64,000 nucleotides of DNA from Trichoplax adhaerens (taxonomy: Eukaryota > Animalia > Placozoa), in contig NW_002060946.1 in the NCBI RefSeq assembly GCF_000150275.1, forward strand, positions 2,313,454 through 2,377,453, read 5' to 3'. Positions within the stretch are counted from its first letter, which is position 1. The number at the start of each line of letters is the position of its first letter. The translations under genes and the position numbers were made by a program. Below, piece by piece: positions 1 to 13,394 of the stretch. Below the pieces are notes generated by a model. It was not told the DNA's origin and made no database searches. It saw only the letters and a program-made list of their open reading frames with translations.

Positions 1-1346
1 AAACGACTAAACGTTGAAGCAAATTATAATTTAATGTCTAAGACATGATTTAAAGATGCTTAGAACATAATAATATTACTCTATTAATTAAGGAAAGCTT
101 GCTGGTTTATTGAATAGGGTCTGTTTGATCAGATTTCAATTCTACCGATCTTACGGTGTGAATATCGAACAGCGCATTATTTTCGGGAGAATCGAAGTAA
201 TCTACTTCATGAAATTTTAGTGTATCTAATCCCTCAGTTTTGAAATAGGACTTTAGAATGATCTAATTTCAAAAGCAGTAAATATATAATTTAACGGCAA
301 TGCGTTATCTTTGAGAAGGATAGATGAATCTAATATATAATATATTGCTTTCACACATTATGAAATTTGCATGAATTACAACTTATTCGATCTAACTAAT
401 GAGGACATCAAGCGTGTTGTTTTAGAGAAAGTCAAAAGTAACCTATTTTATTTATAACACTATCTTATCAATGAATGAAAAAGTCTGCTAGTTTATTAGA
501 TGTCACTCTTTATCAAATCTCAAGGATACCTAAGACATAATTAATGAAAGTGCACTATTTTAGAGAAGGAATAGATAATCTATGACCTAAACTAACATTA
601 GTCCTACAATTTTGTGACAACTTCTAGTTTACTCATTGTAGCTTTAAGTTTGATTGAAACTTCGAGAGTATCAATATATTATTTTGGAGATGCAGCATAA
701 CTGATTTTGCAAATAATATTACCCTACTAACTAATGAACGTTTACCGGTTTGTTAATCATGACTTTGGTTTGTTCTAATTGCAAGGTAGTAATAAGAATG
801 TGATTGAACAAAATCTTTACTATGGGGAAGAAAGTTTAACCTATTAGATAGAATATTACTTTATCAAATTATAAAACTTCCTCTTTATTGATTATAGCTT
901 TAGTATGATTACATTTAAAGGAAGTATAAGTTTCTTACTAATTTATAAGATCCTAGAAATTAAACTAACTAATGCAGCTTAAAGGGTTGTCGCGGCATAC
1001 CTCTCACAACAATCGTTTTCCGCTTTACATTTTTCTTTATGGTAATCTCGAAAAATGCAATTAGTATGATAAAAGCTTCGAAAAAAGTTATTTTGCTTCC
1101 TAATGCCGACGATCATTTAAATTTGAAATCGTAATTTACCACAATTTAGCTGACGATATCATCATCAATCCATCGTTTTAAAACAGGCTGCATTAAATGA
1201 ACAACTTTACGCTTTTGTATGAATTTATAATCAATAATTATATGAACTGTGATGATGAATTCGCTAGTTCAATTTCCTTAAAATTAAATTACCTTAAATT
1301 TGGAATTAGATCCCGTAATCATTTGTTTAAATGTGGATTATGTTAG

Positions 1347-4300
1347 GTTGGTTGTCAGTCATCGCCATCGGCAAATCTTCATGGCAAAATTACAGTTCAT
1401 TTTCTTAATTATGAAAATCAGAAAGGATTAGGATGGCGTTATCCAGCCTGCAACGAAACGCAAATGAGATGTCCAAGTCAATTTCATATCTGTATTGGCC
1501 ACGCTGGAAAAAGTTGCTATCAACAGGTCATCAGCAAATTTTTCAAGACTAAAATCACAAGAGTCCCACTAGACAGTAAAAGCAACTTATCCAAAACAAT
1601 TTCTAATCCATTTACCATTTCCTATTATCAACCATTACCGGTAATATAGAATTTTATTACTGGAATATTGAGCAATTGTGACGTTTATGAGCCTCTAATA
1701 GAAATTTACTGAAGATACTTGAATACTTGAAATATCAGTCTAGTATAAGCCTCTCTATCATCAATCATCTAGTAATTTTTACTTGTGCCATTTTGATAGT
1801 TCTTTAACTAGGAGTTTTTCTTATTCCCAATTTATAACAGTATTAAGCAAAACTAAAAATCATAAACTTAATTTTAGTCGCATTTATATTATTCCTGTTT
1901 ACGATTTTCATATCAATAAATATTCCAATTTCTACATAGCAGATATAATAAGTTGAATTACTTTTATCCAAGTTTTAAGGTGATAAAAATGCCGCTACTG
2001 TGCTAGATGCGATAATAAATATAAGATAGCATAAAAAAATTTTCATTAGTTCCGAATTAACTAATTTAAAACCTTTACTTGGTCTTATATTTATCGATTT
2101 GTCTATTCTGTTCCATTATTGAGAAATTGAATTCTATGATGGTTCTACAGATTTTCTCAATATCACTTTTAGTCATGCATAAAATGAAATATTGATATAA
2201 TTCGTATAAACTTGTCTGCTAAATCATAACATGAATCTACAAAATCGTTACTAACACCTCTACTTATATTGAAAACTTGTCTTTCATTTCATCACCATAA
2301 TTAACTAAATAACTAATGAGGACTTAACACTTACCTATCTCTATCATGATAAGAAATAATGATAAATTTAAAATCGCTTGTATACTTATTTTGTCATTTA
2401 GGAGAACTTGAGTGTCCATGTTGAGGTTTTCGATAGAGTGAATAAGAACTTAAACCACGTAGATAGGATCAATTCCAGTGTTTCCGTCGAAGCCAACAGC
2501 ACCCAAACTTATAAATTGCTAGGTACAAGGCCTGCATTACCTGTGTCAGCATTGACTATCAGTTTTCAGTATCAGTGCGATTCAAATTGGACTGGTCAAT
2601 ACTGTGAATCAGGTAAGTTAATGGGCAATATACAATATAATTCTTTATAGACTGTATATCAATTTTTGCAGTCCAAGCTCAAGCTATCTACTGATGAATT
2701 TTTAGTAATTAAACTGAATTATATCCAGTAGTACCTAAACTTTATTAAATAAATATTACCGTATAGAACTGATTTAAGCAATATCTAATAACTGCCAAAA
2801 AGGTACACTCTTCCATTTATTGCCGTCAATTTGATAGGACTTACTTTGCACGAAAAAAACTTTACTTCAATAAAAGACATTACTGTATTAATTCAATCTA
2901 ATTACTAGCCATTTTATAGCAATATACAATAGAGTATGCCACGATTACTTTTGTAACTCTCTTGTTCTTCACGATCATCATATAATGGCTATCTTATAAT
3001 GCAACTGTTGACGTAATTTCTTGTCTAATTTATTATTCTAATTGACGTTTAATACTTATCTCCCTTTTATTATAGCTGTTTGCGCTCCAGATTGCAATCT
3101 TAGTCATGCACACTGTAATAACAAGCCCGGGCAATGCATGTAAATATCAGCAATTCTGACAGATCTTGCGTTTAAGATGATATTTTAACTTATTTACTTT
3201 TCAAATTATCCAACTATTACTATCAACTTGCATTTCTAGTTTATAATATTTGTAACACTAGTATTAATGCTTGGTTGAAGGCATAAATTGCAAATTTTAA
3301 AAGTGGAAATAATCAAATATCAATTATCACAATTATCCTTAATAGACTAATTATACCATTGCCATTACCATTACTGTACTCATTGAAAATAATGTCTAGG
3401 TTTTATGAGAGTTTATTTTATAGTGCTCTTTCGAATATAATTACGATTGATCAAATTCTGTCTTCAAATATATAAACGATGAATATCATAAATAGATGCA
3501 ATGATTACTGGAAAGGCCCAAATTGTTCTGAATGTGTTAAAGCAATTGACTGTTCAGGTAGATAAATATAAAGTATCAATTACTGTAGTCTCGAAAGAAG
3601 GAAATGGTAGATTTTTAGTCTAAATTGACAAATACGGTATAGTAATAAGGTAAGCAAGTTTTGATGTCCATTTTAATTTGAAGAGAATGGTATGTGTGTC
3701 AATGGAGGAGATTGCGTTTGCAAAGCTAACTGGGGTGGAAAGAAATGCAATAAAGGTATGCACTGAATCAACCGATATGGTATTGATATATGAATTAAAA
3801 CAACGATAAATTATAGCTACACCTGAGATATTTTTGTCTTTTAATTTAATGTTGATATAAATGCAATTAGTCTTCTGATCACTTTATTACTTATTTTATG
3901 AATTATTTAATAATCACACAGACTTAAATCCGTGTCGCAATCAACCATGCGGAAGATATGGCAATTGTTCAATTACCGGATCAGTTCAGAATCCATTTAA
4001 TTGTAGTTGCGAAAATCAATATGCTGGAGATCGATGTCAATATCGTAAGAGCAAGTAGATTAGATACGTTAATTCGAGCCAGATTATATAACCCACTATC
4101 TAGCCATCATACTAAAATATCAGCGTTGTTAGTTTAGTATCAATTATCACCGGAAAACAATAATCAACTGTAGGAGTACTTATCTCATTAGACAGTATGA
4201 TTCGGATTATGATGATATTGTATATATGTCGTAGAGGTATAATAAGAGATTTTAACTGAGATTCAGCATTTATTAGCCTGAAATATAATCGATTAGAGTA

Positions 4301-7300
4301 CTGTTTTATCTGTAGTGCATTCAATGATACATGTATAATTGAAGTAAATTTTAGTTTATCTTTATACATATATATAAGAAACTAATTTTAGCAATAGAAT
4401 AAGATGCTAAGTATATTCATTCTTGAATATTCGTATATGCACCAATCCTATAGTGCGGCCCGATATATTGTCAACACAATCTACTTTCGACAGTATTCAA
4501 CTAGAATGGTTGGACGTTAATCCTAATGTTAGCCAAGGAGTTATTGATAAGCCATCCATAGCCACCTATTACATCCTATATCGCCTGATGAAAAACAGCA
4601 ATGTTGATATTCATTGCATCAAATGTTTTGCATCCAACAGTACTAGACAAACTCAATATCATCTAGTTAATCTACTGCCTGCAGTACATTATCAGATCCA
4701 AATTACAGCTATTATAGGAGCAGATTCACAACGCGCTGTAGCGATACATGGACACTGGAAAGACGCTACTACCAAAGGTAAATTGATATTCTTCCATATT
4801 CTTGATGATATTACTTTTGTACAGTTAGGTTTGCGACTTGTATATTCAACATTTTTCGCTGTATGCCATAAAGCTTGGTGATTAATATTTGAAATAGTGC
4901 CGTGTAAATCCAAATTGTAAATAAATATTTCATAATGATGGAGAATTTAAACAAATTGTTGTTATCTTCTTGTAGCATAGACTTATCTATTCATTATCGG
5001 TATAAGAAAAGGTTTAATTGGCTAGAATTTGAAATAAACATAGCCAAATTGTCCTGATTGTCTTACTCCATATCAGATTTTAATTACTATCACTCTATAT
5101 CGAGTCGGAAATAGATTTGTTAAGATCGATATTTCAAAGGCGTACCGTAAAATTATAAGTGAGTTTAAACTTCTTATAAAGCTAGCGGGTTGAATAAGGC
5201 ATTGAAACACTTACATTAGCAAAATAAGGCTGAATTAATCAAGATTTAAATATTTATTATCGCAGAACATAACATTTTAAAATAATTAAATATCAATATT
5301 AGATCAATAGGATCAATATCTGATTAACGATTATTCAATGATATAGAATTATCCTATGCCATAAGACATTAGAACATATATGTAAATGAGTACGAATGTT
5401 GAATTAAACCAAGATTGAAATCGATCATTACAAATTATATCTCGCTTGTTCATATTTAGGTCCGCCAGGTGCTCCAACAATTGTCGACATTAACACAGGA
5501 AAAAATGAGGCCCATATAAAGTGGACTCTATCTGCTCAAGGTACCGGTGGATATTTTTTGCGTCAACTCAATTTTAGCGTTCAATATTGGATTCCATCTA
5601 CATCTTTTAACTGGAACAGCCATGGAGATTCTTGTAATAGCTGCTGGCTTATTCCATCAGTTCGTCGCGATGGTGATGAGTATCTTCAGAATCTGCAAGC
5701 AAATACGACTTATGCTGTTAGAATTGTTGTTTCTAATCCAGCCGGTCATAATGTTAGTAGTTGGAAGGCTGTCACAACCAAAGGTAGTCCATCTAATTTT
5801 GAAATCCATCGACGCTAAATGCATCTAGTGTTTCATCCGTGTTACTTTGTGTCATTTTAGACTAGCTACACTCTTCTATCACTAATTAGGTCTTCCTGAT
5901 CGGGCAGAAATTTCTCAAGTAATCACAACAGGATACTCAGCAATTGTTTCTTGGCCTCGAATAAGTTATAATGGTGGCTATCAATTAAACGATGTCACTT
6001 ATAGTGTCGATTTTACTGCTGGCATTCAGAAAAATCCTGAAGCTGCTATGACATGTATTGATTGCATACATGTTACCCAATCCATGGGTTATGCCAATAT
6101 TACCAATTTGGAAGGAAATACTACTTACCAGGTTCGTGTGGAGACGAAAAATCGAGCTGGCAGTAGCTTCTCACTTTGGAAGGTGATGAGAACCAAAGGT
6201 AACCAAGATATCAATTTATATGACGTAGATCACAATTAAATTTTATCCGGATTAACTAATGAAGCAGTAATTGAAGTTCTTGCTTATTGATAAATAGAAG
6301 CCACTTCGGTGATATACCGTAGTCACTAATGACTTAATATCATGACGGTAGTTTCTTATAACAGGGGTATAATTTTATACCATAAATTCAGGAGATTGAG
6401 TCTATATAATGAATAGTTAGAAAACTCATTAATTATCTATGGTGCTGTAAATTATAAATCCTTACATATGTACAGCATTTAAAATTATCAGATTATACTG
6501 AATAAAATAATTTATACATCTGACTATTTATGACGGATATTATTGCACTTAATCTTGTTTTTAATTTAGGATTGCCAGGACAGCCTACTATTTTTAACAT
6601 CACCATCTTCGTAAATACAGTCACAATTAATTGGATGCCGGTTGGAGATAATGGCGGCTATACATTTCAAAATATTGTCTACTATATAGAATATTTTTCA
6701 ATTGATGATTTTCCCGTACCTGCAGGAAAACAGTACCATAGGACTCGAAACACTAACAAAACTTCTCTAACATTTGTCATTTATGAAGATGCACCTACAT
6801 TTTACCTCTTTCGACTTATAGCAGTTAATCCAGCGGGCTCTAGAGCAGGCGACTGGATACGTGGTAAAATTCAAGGTAAATTTACAATTGATTCGGCAAT
6901 CGATTCTATACCGGTATAAATTGAAAACTTTTTCACACTTGCTAACCGATTACATTTCATCTTTGTCTCTTGATCATTCCCTTATCCTACCGATGCCGAT
7001 CTTTTAGGATTAGAGCCATCTAAATGTGATATTGTAAGCACACGTTTAACAAATACAACAGCAACGTTATCATGGAATGCTATTACTTACAATGGCAAAT
7101 ATCGCTTAAGCGAAGTAACCTACTATGCCCAATATAAGATATTTGACGGCGAAAGCGGTGATTGCACGTCGTGTACAAGTACTTCAAAGACAACTAACAC
7201 TTTTACCGAAATTATCGGATTAAATCCCGATACATTATATCGATTCCGTATTATAGCGGTTAATCCTTACGGTTATTCATCAGGCAAATTTACCGAAGCC

Positions 7301-8892
7301 CGAACGAAAGGTAAGGCTATCGTATCCCTTATTCTGGTCATAACTGTAGAAATTAGGCTTGTTATGATCGCTGATGCTGATGTTTCATTTTAGCAATGAT
7401 AGAGTATATGGGATAGGGAAATTTCTGCTCGTATTTCATCATTATTATCATTTCACTAAAAGTAGTGTAACATAAAAATATAAATAAAGCAAATGTACTA
7501 TTCTGCGTGATCCATTCCATCTTTAATGAAAAGTAGCTTGATTAGCTTACATTCTAGAAAAAATATTTATTTCGATGATATCGGTGCAATCGACTATTTT
7601 TCTTCTCCGTCTTTTTCTATCGGTCTAAAAGTTATAATTCGTTATCTTTCAGCTAATCCGCCACCTAAAGAGCCGCATCATGATAATAGAATTGGTGTTT
7701 ATGTTGGAATTGCAAGCGGATTAGCAGTCGCTTCCATCGCTTTATTCATTGTTGGAGTTATTCTGTATCGGCGTTACAAAAGGAAAGCTGAAAGAAGTAA
7801 GAGCTCCTAACATACCTTTTATTAATTTTCTTAATATAATATTATAGTATTTCTTATTTTGAGATTTTTATTATACACGGTAACACTGTATATTTTTACT
7901 CGGTGATCAATTTCAGCCACTTTTTCTAGCCATAGATCTGCGAAATTATTCATGCTCTTCATAATCAATCTTGCGCCTTTAACATTTTAACATAAGATCG
8001 CTGAATAAGTAGCAGTTTAATCCTTGTTCAAATCAACATTACCCAATCCTAATCGTGGACTAGCAAAATCAACAAGTATCTAATCTCTATAACTAGCGAT
8101 TTCAGGATAGCACTTTGACCACATAACCAGCGATTGTAACGTAGTTAAACACCGTGATGATCATGTATTTGAGATAAGCTTCGTCCATAGCTTTCCTTCC
8201 ATTTTATAACTCTAGCCATCATCAAGTGCCGGTAATCATCTATCATGTTCTTTCACGCCTATAACTTCTAATTTATCAATCCGTTAATGTCACCAACAAG
8301 AATATCAGCTAATAAATAATTATCAAACTACACTTCTTGCAATAATTACAAGATCAGGCTCTGCAATTACAATTTTGTATACCTGTCAGAATCATTATTA
8401 TCATTTTCTTCTCAATTAATCCAATCTGTGTCTTAATAAATACTTAAGTTTAGATAAATAAGTAATTAATCTATCCAATTAAGACATCATTAGTCATTTT
8501 CAACCTCTTTTCCAAATCATCAGCATACTGTTTTTTCGTTTTTACCGGCATCATTTTCAGTAGATTAGAATAGTCAGTTTAATAATGCATCATTCAGCCA
8601 ATCTTAAAATTTAAAGTTTTATGAACTTTATATATGAGTTATTTAGATTACAAATTGCACTAAGAAAGTGCGCACGAGATTAACATTTAATATTGAGAAA
8701 TGACTTTATCAACGAACGAAAATGATTAAAAAATTTTCGAAATTACTGCTTCAAATTTTTCTCACTTTTCTTTTCCTATCAATAGGCATTCCAGCCCAAC
8801 GTCTACATGACTTAATGTCGCAGTCAACCAGCGATTTTGATTTCAATTATAAGGATACCATTGTATTAACTAGTTCTGAAATTACGGAATAA
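1347..8892 (+). CDS. Delta/DSL-like type I membrane protein: C2(MNNL) - truncated DSL - 3 EGF - 5 FN3 - TM - short cytoplasmic tail (first, signal-peptide exon not located)
   Basis: Spliced exons ~1347-1640, 2402-2612, 3076-3139, 3496-3558, 3684-3755, 3922-4044, 4454-4778, 5460-5783, 5890-6198, 6570-6875, 7009-7310, 7653-7796, 8786-8892 join in frame at GT-AG sites. HGKITVHFLNYENQKG..C..FHIC..NPFTISY..LSVHVEVFD resembles the Notch-ligand N-terminal C2 domain. CAPDCNLSHAHCNNKPGQCICNDYWKGPNCSECVK..C.NGMC...CVCKANWGGKKCNKDLNPC matches Delta EGF1-3. Five exons carry FN3 W..P / Y...V.A.N.AG motifs. TM: IGVYVGIASGLAVASIALFIVGVILY followed by RRYKRK. Confidence 0.85.
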
Positions 8893-10677
8893 AATTGTAT
8901 CTCTATATTAGATATCAATTAATACACTTTGTTCTCCAATCTACCATCTCTGTGGATCCCAAAATGTGATTTTGATTGCTACAATTACTATATCACTATC
9001 TAGTTACTCTAATCATCATGAATATACCTTAAGCCTACAGTATACCCCTCTGTAATAGATATGTATACAGTAGCATATTTAGTTAATGCACCTAATATTT
9101 TAATTTACTATCTTATATTTTGCTTCTTTCTCTCTTTGGTAATTGTAGCTATGATACCTACTGCATGTAAACACCTACTAGCCTGCTATTTACATATGCG
9201 GCTGAGTATATTGTACGGTAGTGTTTTGAAAGTTATAAGCGCTATTTAGAAATCTATGTAGACTTGATCTCGGCTAAGATTCCTTTACACTACTAACTCG
9301 TACTGTTCGATTATACGATGTCAGCCTATGATTAGATAATTACTCGTATATCTATAAGTAGGAAATTTGAATTTACTCGATAGCATCTTCTACTTTACTG
9401 TATAAACTCTAATAAACTCTAACCAGTAAGCGTTTATATTTGCATCATTTACTAGAAGCATTTGCCAAAATGGTCAATAAATATACGGTATGATGTGGTA
9501 TACCTAGAACTACGAGTAGGCATCTGAAATACGTATCTGCCTTTAACTACAGTAAAATACAATTGTAATTACTTTCCAAGCAGCATGTTCAAGAATGAAA
9601 TATATAAGAAATATATAATTCTATATGGTCTACGCAATTCCTAAGCACAACACACTTTCGACTACTGTACTGTAAGTCCTTTAAGAATCGCAATGGAACG
9701 ACTTTCCCAGCAGAGACCTATAAAATAGTATCTTCTATAGAATCCAGCATATCAGCAAGATCTGTATTTAGAATTTTAATTAATAGGCCTGATTTTATTG
9801 TAACCGTTTGAATCCTATAAAGATACAAGTATCTGAAATTTTTGTGGAATATTTCAGTCCCTACACAAAGAATGCACTTTTTAAATGTCAAGTTAGTAGT
9901 GCATGCCAATATGCTCTATAATAATTTAATTTTACTGAAAAGCTTTAGGCTTTTATTTAATAGGTCTGAAAGTAAATTTTCTAGCCTAGCACTATAAAAT
10001 TGTTCTGTTACGTTCAGAACCAGACCAGAAAAAAAGCATATGTAGCTCATTTCTATTTGTATAAGGATATCTGGTATGTTATGTACAAGGTTGTAATACT
10101 TAATCCATACCATAATAGCATATTGTAAGCAACTAACAAACACTTTCTTTAAAAAGGCAGTATTATGAGTGAAGAGTGTCCTATACTTTGAATTATAACT
10201 CTCGAACCAGATTAAATATCAAGCAAATTGATAGCAACAATCAATTAAGCCTTACTACAACTCTATTTTTGTATGAATGATGTAAAAATTTGGTATCATG
10301 AAGTTGAAAAATATATTAAAACTGTCTGCAAATAACAATTAGGTCCTATTCTCGTCTACCGCCACCTACAAATTGATCAAACCACTAACAGACAAAGTAA
10401 AATTGCGCAGCTATTGTGATAAATTATAATAATAATCAATTGAATCAATCATTTCAGCATTGACCGAAATTTAAGTAAGTACATAAATTCGCTTCATGAT
10501 GTATATATTCATATATATACGGATATACCTATTACATTATGACTTAGAGGTAGTCATATATCAACATTAATTTCGCATTTAAAGATGGTGTAAACTAGAA
10601 TCTCCTTTTCTGTACAGGTTAAACAAATTGCTCAGTCAAAAATTACACTCCGCCGCATAAAAGTTTATAAAGTTATC

Positions 10678-13390
10678 CTAATGTTGTGGTGAACGAGCAA
10701 GATGGAGTTTGGCAGTTTTACGACCAAGCTCATATAATCTATCTTGAATATGATTCGTTATTCGAATTCTAGTTTCAGCCTATTAGTTAATTAAATCAAA
10801 TATACATAAAATTACATGTTAATATTGACATCACTGTCACTTCACGTAACACGAAATTAATCATGAATAAACATTAATAGCATTTCTAAGCAGTCATTAT
10901 AATTAAACGAACCAGGCTTAGTTTATGCCTTCTATGATCTTGTATAAAGTTATCCACATGTATTGGCTCGCCAACATTGAATGTTACTTTCTTTATATTT
11001 ATCATAGTATATCACATAGAATGGTTAGAAATTATAAATGAGTTGATAACATAGTTTTTTTAAATTTTAGATTTAATGAAATATCATTGATTAATAAAAT
11101 AAAAGTCCTACTTTAAACGGCCTTGGTATATATGGTTTATAGTTTGGTAGTAAATCATCCATGCCTAAGTAAATTATTTGTTTCAAGAGAATAAATAAAA
11201 ATGGAATACAGTATTCATTCATTTTACTAGACCAAACTAAAGCTGTACTATATCTAATATAGATCGAAGAACTATACAATAGTTTTATTTAAAATAATTT
11301 ACGAATCCCTTTTAAACCGACAATTCAATGTATAATTTATCCGCTAATAACTGTTACTAAATGAGTACCAGCAAGGAATGTTTACTTGACAAACTAAGAC
11401 TACAGCTACGAGCAAGTCGAAGAAGCGGAATGTAGCAGAGATAAGGGAGCACTTCTAGCTCAACATTTAGAGAGGCTGACTTACCAATACTAAAGCACGC
11501 AGTCATTTAGAATTAAGGACAAAGCATATGGTATATAGTGCCGACATACACAGAAATAATCAAATTGCTTCAAAGTATTGAATCTTAAATCCTGACTAAT
11601 CAACGATCAGGTTTAAGGCGACACAGGTTACTGTATACAGTATCCGTTGGACAATCATCAGTAAAGACTAAGTTCCTGCTTAGATATTCACCTTCATGCC
11701 AATAAGGTAATACAATTGGAGGGGTTTTAGCTTCCATTATTAGTCTTGAAATACCTATAATCCAAGAAAAGCAATTAATAAATTAAAACTGAAAGATATG
11801 CTTAAGTTACTTTAATCTAGATAAAATCTTAAAAGTGATTAATTTATACAGCTTGATTATTACGAATAATTTGTGTTACATACCCCATTTGATCCTCATT
11901 GGGGTTTTAGCCATATTGACTCCGCCTGTTTATATCGTTGAGGTAAGGATTATGTTAATTCAAAATACTGTACAATCAATTCTACGATTCTATCTCCGAT
12001 TTCAACCCATACAAAATTATTGTAATCTTACTTATGCAAGTGCTGTAGCTTCATTTTGATAAAGGAAAATTGATATTAGCATTTACCTTCCGGGAAAATA
12101 TGCACCCAATCACCTTCATCTAATTTTTCTATAGCCCAATCAACTCCTGGCTGATAAATGCCATCTCCACGGACAACAGGAACAACCTATGCAAGTGATA
12201 AATTTATCATTGATTCAAATTTTAACATTTAGAAAGTACACCATTCTACATTACAGGTAGTAATAATTTGAAATATTCCCATACTACATTTCCTCAAAGT
12301 ATCGTAGCCTACCCGACCACTTGTAAAGAGTAAGGTTAAAGGAAAGCTGGTAAAGCAGATATTATTGGCAGCTAGAGTCCTAGTATAGTCCAAAGAGAAG
12401 ACAGCAACAATTTTCAATCACGATAAAAATTCAATCAAGAATTTGACTTGTACATTGAAAAAGAAGAAATTTGACAATTTATTTCTACCATCTCATCAGT
12501 TTATACTGCATAATAGTAGAGGCAGGTAGTAGGCCTTGAGGGGAAAACAATGTCCACACCCGTTTGAAATTGTCCATAGATCCATATGAACAAGTACAAA
12601 ATGATAAAGCATCAGTAGGTACATGCCCAAGATGGTTTAGAGTTAGGATACCGAAATAGATTAAATTACTAATGGTAGACAGCAGTGTAATGTCTCTTAA
12701 TTTAATTTATGATTGATTGGCTGGATTCAAAGATTAATTTGACTAATTGATCCGACAGTTAAATTGAATTTGTTTACAACATATTTATTACACATTACAC
12801 ATTGATACATTTCTATACTTTATTAGAGTTGGATATAGATAGATCCCATTCAATCCTGTTAAATTACTCATGATAGACAGCTGTGCAATATGTAGTAATC
12901 TATTTTAGGCATTGATTAGCAGCATAGAATGATAAACTTACCTAATAGACCAGGATCATCAACACAACAGTGATGATTAGAAACAGTAATTAGTCCAACA
13001 TGAGGAGGTCGCTTGGTAACAGCATCATTCCATCGATCAAGATTAAAACGATTGCCATAAGTTAATCGGTCTACGATAAACAGAATAATATCAAGACTTG
13101 ATTAATTTATTGTACAAGGAAATGTGGACGGAGAAATGAAGACCCGTAATCGTTGCAGTGCTGTAGAATAGCCAAGATGGCTAAGAAAATAACAATTCCT
13201 GCAGGTAACAAGCCAGTGTAATATTCATTAGCTGTATCTTACCCATGAATACTTTACAAAGTAGAAACGACGATGTCATTACTGCACAATTGATCCAGTT
13301 ATAAAATTTTGCTTTATAGAATTTATAAGGGAAAGTAATCGTCTGTGAAAGTTTGGTATTGGTCCATTTCTCTCCGCCAGCATGCGCCAT
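10678..13390 (-). CDS. TAZ: Tafazzin (phospholipid-lysophospholipid transacylase)
   Basis: About 10 minus-strand exons give MAHAGGEKW..., [24 protein letters not shown] (HX4D acyltransferase motif), [88 protein letters not shown], ending ..LARSPQH* at 10678. Confidence 0.95.
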
Positions 13391-13394
13391 GTTG

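Noticed and set aside
1331-1408. MWIMLGWLSVIAIG..., a signal-peptide-like ATG just before the C2 exon
   Set aside because: It is out of frame with the C2 domain and stops after 25 codons. A phase-0 acceptor at 1346 matches the usual Delta intron position, so the real first exon is probably elsewhere.
11835-12059. Plus-strand ORF with [17 protein letters not shown], resembling a tyrosine-kinase segment that could complete the Delta-FN3 receptor
   Set aside because: It is the antisense of a tafazzin exon. No other kinase motifs (GxGxxG, HRD, DFG) are nearby, and the receptor has a plausible stop at 8892.
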